64,000 bases of DNA from Mizuhopecten yessoensis (taxonomy: Eukaryota). A program made the position numbers and the translations under genes. How positions within the stretch are numbered: position 1 is the first letter of the stretch; each line of letters opens with the position of its first letter. Location: the NCBI RefSeq assembly GCF_002113885.1, contig NW_018480065.1:124001-188000 (forward strand), written 5' to 3'. Shown here one piece after another: positions 27,673 to 38,713 of this stretch. The notes beneath the pieces were generated by a model. That model was not told the origin of the DNA and made no database searches. It saw nothing but the letters and a program-made list of their open reading frames with translations.

Positions 27673-30600
27673 TGAATATGGACAGCCATTTGCCCAATGT
27701 CCTCTTGATCCTGTATAAAATAGATGGAAAAAGTTAATTAATGATATGAACCTTAACATATATTATGAACAATATGCCAGATTCAATAAAGTCCTTTTTT
27801 TTCAATCCCGTATAACAGGTAAATATTGTTTTCCACCTGGTATGTCAACCCTTCAACATATGTACAGTGGAACTTTGTTGATTCTGGCATGTTGATTCCT
27901 GGAAAAAAATATTCCTTAACAAAAGGAAAAGTTATCTCTTCAAAGTTTTCTAGGTCCGTTGTAATATGTGTATATGAAAGCATTCTGAACATTTTTTTTT
28001 CATTATGAAATTCGTTTTCAGATTAACTACGCTCCACTGTAGATTTACAACACTTACACAACACCTTCAGGTCAACACTGATATTCTGTACGATATGATC
28101 CTAAACTATCCAGGTTTTGTCATTACTAGAAATGTGTTTGTAAGACACAAATGCCCACTCCACACTCAAGAAACAAAGCAAGGTCACAGAGGTCATGGTC
28201 AAGGTTACAAACTGAAGAAACACGCTTTATCCATAGATCATAAGCATGAGAAATTGCCTGACCCTGGCTGCAGTGCTTAGACCATAATTTATCTTAACCC
28301 AAAACTTAACTGGCCAGACGAACATACAAACAAGGGTAACAATATATGTCACTTTGTGGTGTGGCATAATTATTTTTTTAAATAGTGTATTTATTTACCA
28401 CATTTGAAACATCTGCCATATCCACCGAAGTAAGCCCCTGAGGCTCCCCCAACAAGGTCAGAGCTGTCATCAGAGTCATCACCATCACCATACGACATAT
28501 CGCTGGCACTTTCAAAGTGATCGCTATCAGAATCACCACCGCTCGAGACCACACCTCCATCAATAGCATCATCACTATCATCATCACTGGGTATTACAAT
28601 GGGCGGAGCTTCAGGAAGAGGAGGGTCTGGATTTGCACGGTTTCTACCTCGCCCTCTCCCTCTACCTCGGCCTCGGCCACGCCCCCTCCTCTGCCCATTC
28701 CCTGATGTCCCTGGTTTATCCTGTTCTGCCTTTATTTCAGCCTCGGCTATAAACAAATAAGAGTTTGAAATGTATGGATGTAAGTAATTTAACTATTAGT
28801 CTTTTTCAAAAGGATTTTGCTTTCCAGATATGGGACTTCATAGAAAATTGTTGAAGAGAGATCAAACCTAGTTCACAAATTCAGAAATAAGACTGAAATA
28901 TGCTACAAACAAGAGGCCCAGAGGGCCTGTATTGCTCACCTGAATATGTTTAAAATAGTTGGTATGAAGTAAAGATATAGCACTCCATGGTAGGTGCTGT
29001 AAGTACATATGAAATTTCAGAAAGATCTATCCAGTACTTGAGATATAGCGAGAAAAAACTTCAAACAGAGCCCCAACCCTATGCCCCTAGGGGGGTAATA
29101 CCCAGCAATTATACAAAATTGAGACCCCTTGGCCCAAGGATGCTCCAGACTAAATTAGGATAAAATCCCTTAATCCCTAAGGTAGAAGGATTTTATAGGT
29201 TTTACCTCTATTTCCCCTATTGGGCCCCGCCTCTCTGCCCTCAGGGGGCCACACCCACCGTTTATACAAAATTGAGTCCCCTTGGCCTAAGGATGCTCTA
29301 GACCAAATTTAGTCAAAATCTACTTGGCCTTCAGGACAAGTAGCGTTTTAAAGGAAAAGTTGACGGACGGACGCTGCAGCATGGTATAAGCTCATCATGG
29401 TCCTTCGGACCAGGTGAGCTAAAAACAATGGAATCAGACAAAATGCTTATCATTAAGTCTTAAATATAATGTACATCCAATAACCATGTTATGTTTAGTG
29501 TGTACATAATCGAAATCCACAGACCTAATGCTGTGTGGGAAATATTGAAACAAGGCAAAATACATCTGTGGATATATTGTCCTTCATCAGACTTATTCGG
29601 AAACTCTAGGTATGCAAAATAAATATCTTCATATACTATTCATTTTTAACTTGCCTTTGAGAATTAAGTTAGACTGAAAACCGATATGGTAAGGGACATC
29701 ATTTAATATCTTGTATATGGAAATGTCATCGAGAGCAAGTGTTAATTGTGATACAGTTAACCGAAGTAGAAGAAAGAGTATCTAAACGCAAGATTAGATA
29801 TCATTGAATTAAATACAATTCCCATTAACTATCGGGCAAAAAAACCTTACCAGTAAAATTAGAACCTATTTGACCAAAAAAATCATTTGTAAGTCACAAC
29901 ATTATAAGCCAGTTGTGATTCTTGGTAGCCATCTTGAACTATTTCATTGGAAACCCATGATGTTTACCCAGGATCAGGAGACAAATCATATCGTTACAGT
30001 CAAACAAAATCACATTACAATCCAATGGTATTCAAGTTGCCGGTATATATCATAATAGGTCAACCAGTCAGAAACCATGGCAGCCATCTTGGATGAGGAA
30101 TCGGAATTATTCAGCGGTTAAAAAAAATCTGATGTTAATTTAGGGTTATGAGAAAAACATGTCCATTACCTACATTTACATGGTCAATAATTCCTACCTT
30201 TGAAAAAGGCCACAAATTCTTACCTTAGCAAGAGGCACCACTTTTCTCTTCAGGAAAGATAAAACATTTTGCCTTTTCTGAGAGGCCACAATTTCCTACC
30301 TTTAAGATAAGACCATCAGTTCTACTTCTGACACAGGCTACCTAGTAGTCAGGTTACCAATTCCTACCTTTAAGATAAGATTATCAGTTAAACTGCTGAC
30401 ACAGGCTACCTGGTAGTCAGGTTACCAATTCCTGCCTTTAAGATAAGACCATCAGTTCTACTGCTGACACAGGCTACCTGGTAGTCAGGTTAACAATTCC
30501 TACCTTTAAGATAAGACCATCAGTTCTACTGCTGACACAGGCTACCTGGTAGTCAGGTTACTAATTCCTACCTTTGCGAGCAGCCACCAACTCATCACGT

Positions 30601-33600
30601 TGACGTTTTAAGTCGTCACTGAGATGTTCCACCATTTTGTCTATATAGCTGTCCAACACAATGGAACGCAAGCTAGATGTGATTGGTGCCCGACAGTTCG
30701 GACATTCTTTCTTCACCTTCATCCACTCTGCTATACAGTAAGTACAGAACGCATGGGAACAGTTCAAAGAGGTGGCCTGTAGGTAAAGATAACAAATAGT
30801 AGAGGCTTTTAGTTATTATACCATCATTAACTTTCCATCTTTGCTGATGGTTCAAGACAAATTGGGAACTAGTGTTCAAACTTAACAGTAGACCCAATCA
30901 CCATGAAAAACACTCAGGGTATGTTAATCATTTAGGTCTATGTTAATCATTTAGGTGGTCTATGTTTATCATTTACTTCATAGGCAAAGTGATCTATGAT
31001 GTTATTTCCTATGATATGATGCATACAATTCACTAAATATAGTAGTGAGAGAAAAGTCTTGTGAAATTCCTTGTCTTCCTTTACTATAACACATTAGTTT
31101 TTAATTCCATGTTATTGAATAATTAAGTATTAATGATAAAGTAACATTTTCTTGGTCAAAGTCTGGTCTATCAAATTTTCAGTAGGTCTATAAGAAATTA
31201 ACATCTCATAGAGTAAAACCTATTGTCTATGGTGTTTAAATCCTAAAGTGTGTTACTGGAAATAATTATCAATTCACAGTCAAACTTGACATTCTATCAC
31301 TATATAAAACATCACACGGTTAGTCTAATATGATACATATGACACATAACCTGGAACAGTTAAAAGGATGAACAAAGCAAGCTATCAGTACTGTCCAACA
31401 ACTACTAGTTGGATAAAAACAGGAACGATTACCAACACATGTTGATGAAGATGACAGCATACCAACACAAATGCTAAAGAGAGTCTTCAAAAGTACCATA
31501 CAAAACATAAAGTATTTAATAAACACAAAAATAACATATTTTGTCTGCATATCATAAATGATCTCCTTTACATCATAATAGAAAAGGATTTCTCCCCCAG
31601 GACGGACGCTGCACCTGGGCATAAGCTTGCTTGGCCCTTCCATTATAGCAGATCATGAAAGATAACTCTTATTCCATTGGAAATTATGAAATTAACATTT
31701 GCATTTCATGAAATTACCAGAAGTTTGTATTTGATGTGGGAGAAAAAATAACCATCCCCCACTTGACAAAGCCTCTGGCAAGACATTGAAGAATCTTACC
31801 CCTTGGGTTCAGATTTTTCTGTCTTGCCCCCAAGGTGGGGAAAGATTACCTTTATCTTCAGTATGATCTATCAAAGGAGATGATTGAGAAATAGTAAGTC
31901 CTTACCTGTACAAACAGTTCATTACAGATACTACACTGTAACTCTGTCTCCATGAGATCGGCAAAGTTTGTCAGAATGTCTTCCCTAGCATGTAACATGG
32001 CTTCCTTCTGTTGATCCTTTTCTGCCTTCGTGTCGTTCAGTTGACTTTCCAGCATCCGCTGCTCAGCTTCCTTTTTATTTATGATACCATCCAGCTTTTC
32101 TTTTTGTTGGACAAGTTCTTGTTGTAGCTGCCGATCTTTTTCTTCTATTGTCAACTTAAGATTTTCTTCTATTTTCCGCTTTTCTGCTAGCAGACGGTCT
32201 TTCTCAGATTGAAGTTGTTCCAGCATTTGTGCCTCTCTATTGAGTAATTGGTTTTCAAGTTCTTCTTTCATTTTCTCTTCTTCCTCCTGAAAGTGCCGAT
32301 GTTTTGAAATAAATATTTAAATAAATGATAGTTCTACATACAAACATGTACAATGACATTCATCCCAACAATATTTTGTAAGCATTGTTTATCAATCATA
32401 AAGACAGGTGTAAGCTTAATATTGACGCTGCACCTGCCCACTTCTAATATACCCAAGTAATTAGTTTTCGTATATGTATTAAGTGGTCTAATTCTAGTAT
32501 TTTTTTCCCATGGCAAAGTTGAACTATTTCCCCTTTATTTAATTTTCACAAAATCTTGAGAATTCTCCAAAGTTGTGAGAGAAAAAAAATCAATTAAGTG
32601 GGGATGAGTCATGCATTGATTTCCTTCAAAACAAATAGTTTAACTTTCAAGCTTTAATGACAAATTTTCTGATTATCATGTATCTGTTATCTTTGCCTCA
32701 TTTTCCAATTTCGTGAACAGATCACAAAATTTTACCACTTTAAGTACAGGCTCCTGTGGAGACTCGACGAAGCTATAGAAATAACAAAGGGTAGATCAGC
32801 TCAGACACATGGAAGAATTGCTGATATGAATTCTAGATCAAGTGAGCATGTAAGCATACAGTATCAACCAATAACTGATAAAGTAAAATGAATACATGGA
32901 CATTAAGTTACCTTTTTCTTTGTCAATGCAACTTCCATTTCTTCCTCTTTCTTTTTTAACATCGTATTTAACTCCTTTGCCTGGTGTTCTCTTCTTCTCT
33001 TTTCTTCTTCAAGTTCATTCTTTATCTCATTCTGTGCTGCTTCTTTCTCTTGTAGCATTTTTTGCATCTCTGCCATCTTTGCCTCGTACTCCTTTAATTT
33101 TGAATAAGATTCCATTTCCTGTTGTTTAACTTTTTCTTTGTAATCTTGAAATGGTGACCAGTCTTTGTCAGGGTTCACTCTGTTGTTTTTCCTAGGTGTG
33201 TCCTTGTTGTCTGCCTCTTCGTCAGAACATCCGAGATCAGGTTGGGAACTCGACACTCGTGAATCACTTTCTGGTTTTTCTGTTGGACCCTTTTTAAGAA
33301 TTGATTTCACTGGCTTGGCGTCACAGTCTAGTTTTATTCTCTTCATTGGATATTTTTCAACACAATTCTCTACTTGCTTTTCTGAATTATCCTGAGAAGA
33401 GTTCTGTCGAACACGCTTCACTTTGAGATTTTTATGGAATTTGAATATAAACTCTGCCTTTTCCTGTGGTGTTTTTGCAATGCCAAGCTGTACAATGTCT
33501 CCCTCCTCAAGTGTACATGGTTGGTTGGCCACCAGCCGTACATCATTAATAAACACCCCATTTAGGCTCTGTCAAAAAGACAATCAACGACATCATTAGA

Positions 33601-36600
33601 TTGATATTCTACTAATAGAAAAAAAACTTTTTTTCCCCGCCGATATATATATATAGGATTCCAGGTGAAAACATATGCAGCTTGCAATTAGCATGAGTCC
33701 ATTGAAAAGGCCTAAATAGATATACACTGCCTTCACTTTATTTTAAATTTTGACTACTTCACTTGTATTCCGTCTTTTCGTATTGCAGAGTTATCTTCTC
33801 TTGTGAGCAGGTATTGATTGTTACGTCACTTGTTTGTGAGAGTAACGTCATCAATTTTTGAGAAAACGACGTAAATTTCTCACACAAACCAATGACGTTA
33901 CAATCAATACCTGCTCACAAGAAAAGATAACTCAGAAGATAAGACGAAATAGTATAGATGTAGAAGCACTTCCTGTATTTTCCTTATATAACTTATGCAA
34001 AGCTTTCCTCCTTAGCAGAATCACATTTGGATCATACAATTTAACATGAGGTCAAACAAACAAATGACAACAGCTCACTCAAGCCCAGGTGAACTAAAAA
34101 AACAAAACTTTTGCAGTATGTATTAATATAAATGACAGATTCAATAGCAAACATGATTGACAATATCTTGTGTTCTGTAACTGGACACATCTAATAACCT
34201 CCACATCATACAAATGGTATTATAGCCCACTACTGCCTTTCTACCTTATTGTCCTTGATGGTCCAGGTCCCAGATTCAGACTTCTGTAGTGTTGCATGGC
34301 AGCGCGAGATCATGTTGGACAAAAGACATACTGTAACGTCTGGAGACCTGCCAATCGTTACCTAGAATTGAAAACATTACAAAATGAACATAAATGTACA
34401 ATGTATTACAGTGAAGTCCTATCCAACATGTTGGTCAGAGGCTTAAATGTCACACCACAGGCTAGACATTGTGGTCAGAACAAAACAGGTCTGCAGGTTA
34501 AAGCTTATAGAATATCAGTTTTTTAACAATATTAATGAAATGTCATTTCCTATATGTCCATGTGATGTTAAAATTTTGATCGGTCTCCTTTTTATATCAG
34601 AATTCTGAAGTATGCAATCAGGATTGAAACCATCCCATTTCTGATGTACAGTTCCTCAGGCAAAGTCCTAGTTTCCAGAAACGAAGATGTGCCATTTAAA
34701 CAGACATGTAGTGGAACTATACTGGGTAACCAGGGTTGATTTCTAGCAACCAGGTAGCTCAGTTGGTTAGAGCTTCTGCCTAAGAGTCAGAGGTGCCGAT
34801 TTCAATTCCCTGTCTATAGTCATGAATTTTCCCCTCTTGTCATAGGGGTGCCGACCCTTGTTTCAAGTTCTAGGTGTATGCTTGGCAAGAGGATATATAT
34901 ATAAACCTGGGTTGTAAGTAATATTGTTTTCAGTAGTGAAGACTTGTGGGGGAAAAAAAAGAGATATATATTGAAACTGGACTGGTTTGATTGCTGATGA
35001 TGTGGTAGCTCTGCTAGTTAAGCATCCATCCAGAGAGTCTGAGGGTCCAGGTTACACATCCTAGTATATGTTTACTTCTCCTGTTACACTACTTAATTGC
35101 AACTGTCTTACTGATTGTAATTCTGTTCCATGAAAAGAACCATCAGTATGTTTTGTTAAAAAATAATATCTCGTACGATGTGCATTATTAAATAGACATT
35201 CCTAATGAGTGAAGTTTTGTTATCATGTTTATCTCGCTCAATTTAAATATTTAGAAACATTATAATGATCAACCATCACGAGTTTGGGGACCTTTTCTGC
35301 CACAACGTTCAGATATTATCTCTAGAAAACCATACAGGTTTCTCTTGGGAATACAATTTCTATGTACTATGAGGTCGCAATGGAAGATGACACCACAAAG
35401 CATTGTTAGTTTTTGATACTTGCAGACATAATTAAATGTTTGAATGATGAAATAATGCACAGATGGTTTACCATTAGTTGATGAATGTCTGATACACACG
35501 TATGTTCATGTGTGCTGTGAGTGCGACTCATATCAATATACACAGATTTTATTCTGACTTTAGGAATGTTTACATTTCCTCTGCTATCAGCTGTGTTATA
35601 TAAATAAAGGTTGGTTGATATTATTGGTAGTAATATTATTTATGATTATTTTTGCAAGTCCATTGCTGATAATGTCACAGCTCTGTTATTATAAGTTCAT
35701 AAATTAACAGTTATCTGTACATTGCATTATGTTTCAGGTATAAACAAGTTAGTGATTCTTATTTAATGTAGATATAATATGTTCTTATATATGTTAAATG
35801 AGTGCTAGTTTCTTGCTAAATCAAATTATTGTGGCCTCAATATAGGTTCCCTGTGGTTAAAGAGAATGGTTGGTTCTTCCAATGGTGACAAGGCTTGATT
35901 CAAATGCTCGCAGTTTGTGACATTACAAACCCTGTTGGCAGACTGTTCCATATGTCCACAGTTCGGTGGAGGAAGGAACACGGTTCAATTGATAAATTGA
36001 ATTGTGCCCCTGTTGATGAAGTAAACTTGAGTCTTGAAATGACAAATGTAAATAACGATTGTTTATATCCATATAGCATATGTGTATTAGACATTTGTAG
36101 GGAAAACGATGGAATTTCAGAGCAGTGGGCCATTTTTAGTAGTTTTTGGTCAATTTCAAAATTAAGAGGGGCCATTCTTTGTAAAGTTAAAAGTAAATTG
36201 GAACATGGAAGGGGTCCATTTCAGTTTTAGGGGTCAATGGCCCCCTAAAATTACCCCTACATTTGAAACCTATGATAGTGCCACTGAGAAACGCAACATT
36301 TTGGATATTTGCTTCTTTGCAGTTTTTGTTTTCATTCAAGATAGTTTCTTATAAGCGGGATTTTTTGGTTTCAGTAAAAAGGGATATTCCATCAAACGAG
36401 TCACAATCGCTTATATATAAGGGATGAAGCACAGGGACACGGTTCAATTGATAAATTGAACCGTGCCCCTGTCGATGAAGTGAACTTGGGTCTTGAAATG
36501 ACAAATGTAAACAACGAGTGTTTATATTCAAATCTTTGAAAATGCACAAACACGAGTGCTTGTTAACTTTCTCAACGTTTACCTCGTTCTTATCAGAGAA

Positions 36601-36672
36601 CGATATCAGTCTATGTTTCTTGACATTGTCTCCCAACCGATGTAAACAAGTTTGGCCTAAAATATCTGCCAT
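27670..36672 (-). CDS. RNF8: E3 ubiquitin-protein ligase RNF8 (FHA, coiled coil, RING) with an extra RG/acidic/CCHC tail; 7 exons, about 612 aa
   Basis: Exons 36672-36583, 34361-34245, 33568-32912, 32286-31906, 30776-30572, 28746-28399, 27710-27670. FHA: VTIGR..MISRCHA..DNKSLNGVFIN. RING: ELQCSICNELFVQATSLNCSHAFCTYCIAEWMKVKKECPNCR. AATAAA near 26208-26203. Confidence 0.93.
28908..29425 (+). mobile_element. Helentron/HINE-like non-autonomous element
   Basis: aaacaagaggcccagagggcc..gctcacctg start, internal duplicated block, (gacg)n, terminal hairpin tggtccttcggacca followed by ggtgagctaaaaa. Confidence 0.7.
30290..30575. repeat. About 68-bp tandem repeat, 4 copies, duplicating the RNF8 exon-5 splice donor
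   Basis: a(a/t)ttcct(a/g)cctt (minus strand AAAG/gtaggaa, one copy gc) recurs at about 30291, 30359, 30428, 30495 and 30563. Confidence 0.85.
33754..33963. mobile_element. Palindromic (foldback) MITE
   Basis: gagttatcttctcttgtgagcaggtattgattgttacgtca pairs with tgacgttacaatcaatacctgctcacaagaaaagataactc. Confidence 0.7.
34707..35088 (+). mobile_element. Degenerate TRIM-like LTR element with tRNA-like terminal repeats
   Basis: TGT..., tagctcagttggttagagc (A box), cttgtcata, ggtgccg (PBS-like), purine tract gggggaaaaaaaagag, second repeat ggtagctctg..cctgttaca. Internal part resembles 49752-49840. Confidence 0.6.
35880..35990 (-). mobile_element. 3' fragment of a CR1/L2-type LINE reverse transcriptase ORF
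   Basis: Peptide SFLHRTVDIWNSLP resembles the conserved C-terminal FxxRxxxxWNxLP motif. Confidence 0.5.
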
Positions 36673-36910
36673 TCTGTTATTTCGACCGCGCAATGAAACT
36701 TGGTGCCTTGTGAAGAACGTCATCAAAATTGTGAAATCATTTGGGATGTTTTGGAAGTTTTCTTTGACCGACGATATGTTATGGATAGATCTAGAGGTGT
36801 AACAAATGAGTATTTAAGCGCCAATATAACCAAACGTTTCGAAGATCTATTATGAGCATGCGCAGCAGCTTTCTTTTTCCTCGCTGCCATTTTAGATTGC
36901 ACAAGCACGT
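36673..36910. promoter_or_regulatory. Bidirectional RNF8/FAU promoter with FAU 5'TOP/TCT start and non-coding exon 1
   Basis: gcatgcgcag (NRF1-like) near 36856, pyrimidine tract ctttctttttcctc 36869-36882, gccatttt YY1 motif, donor after 36910 (gtaagt). Confidence 0.7.
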
Positions 36911-38198
36911 GTAAGTTATCAGATACTTTGTCGCGCTATTTCACATTGTTATGATATCATAAGATTTTCTATATATAATAAAGTGTCCATGTAAGTTGTA
37001 CAGTCTTTGCAGTTAATAATATATCTGTATTGTTGGCATCATCGTTCATTAGAAGCTCGATAAGGTAGGTCTACTCACTACTGACTGCGACTTTTTAGCT
37101 TGCTGTCATATATAGACGATCCAAGTGAAACCGCGATGGTTTTTACATTCATTGACGCGATAAATGTAGATAATAAATGTCTTCAATACGGAGGAGTGGT
37201 CTGCGCTGTTAAAACATTATAATGAAAATACATTTCTGTGTGATCATGATTATTTAAATGTCGAGAGAATATTTAAGTGTCTGGACATTTAATACGATAA
37301 ATAATGGACGCAGACTGTAAGCCTCTGTGTCCATATCAGTTGATATTACAATATTTACAGTATGATATACTTTTGGTGTACAATTAACATGTCCTTTATC
37401 ATATATATACAATTAAGTTAATTATTTGTTGGTATTTTCCCATAAAACTAGACTTAGTTTCATTTTATGAATATGCTCAGAATATGTGAATACTCGGAGT
37501 GTAGTATTCGTTATACTATTAAGTAGAGAAGAAGATACATCTATACAAGCCCCGGCTTACCATTGATGTCAACTGAGCGAAAGTATACCGTTATACGCAC
37601 AGGCTTCATATGTGATAGTCTCTAATCGTTTTATCTACTGTTAGTTATAGTCCAAAATGACTATGCCTACACTCGCGTGTCCCGGTTGAACCGGTACGTG
37701 TGGCAGAGAAATATTCCAATGAACGCACTTAGACCGTTCTATAAGCAGAGCTAAAAATGCAGTTTCGGAAATAAAAAACAATGTATCAAAAATAGTATGC
37801 CCTTCTTTCATGCGTCCACTGAATTACATAACGTATCTTAAAAACTACATGTGGCTTGACATTGTTTAAGAAAGAAATGGCGCAAACTAGCAATAGTCAG
37901 CATTTTAGTTTCGGTCAGGTACGTCTAGACCTCTCGATTTACACATGCCAAATTTTCCTGAGGTCAGTCTCGGTCCAGATCTGTGCCTGTCGTTTTCTTT
38001 ACAGGTTCAACCATTTCAACCGGATATGCAAATGTACCCTTAATCTCTTTATTTTTTTATGCAGTGGATAAAAAATGTCCCATTAGAAAAGTTTTAATAT
38101 TATTGAAAACATTCTATTATACATGACTTCAGTTTCCAGAAAAAAAATCACACATGACCTTTGAAAGAATTAACCATTAGCATTTTTTCACTACCTCT

Positions 38199-38573
38199 TG
38201 GCCAGAGTTTCTTCTGGCCCTAACACCAGACTTAGTCATTTTGACATAAAACCGGTAGATGTCTGCCGACTCTGACCAGAAGGCACTGCTATATGAAAAC
38301 ATGGAATTCTCTGACACCGTGAGATGTGGTCCGGATATCTTCTAAACAAGAATAATATATTCCTTTTTGGGTCCGGATCAGTACGATTTGTTGATAAGTC
38401 ACCCCATGACCTTTGACCATTTTGAACAATTGAAAATGAGGACTCTACCCACAGAATTTAGCAGCTGTTGGTGATTAAAAGAAATTTGGATCAATAAATG
38501 ATCTATTTAGCAATTTATGTGAGGTATATGTGTTGTGTCATAGTAGATTTTTGTTGCCGGTAAACTCTGGCTA
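38199..38573. mobile_element. Copy of the 17427 MITE family in FAU intron 1
   Basis: gccagagtttcttctggccctaacaccag TIR; internal sequence collinear with 17430-17820. Confidence 0.75.
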
Positions 38574-38713
38574 GTGTGTGGCCAAGGCACTTTTATTTTA
38601 TGGCGATCAAAATGAGGAATTAAGTGTATTATCATAATCACTCAATGAGTCATTTATCTATCTTTAACAAACATATCCTTAACTTTTTCTTTCTTTACTT
38701 ACTCCAGGTAAAA

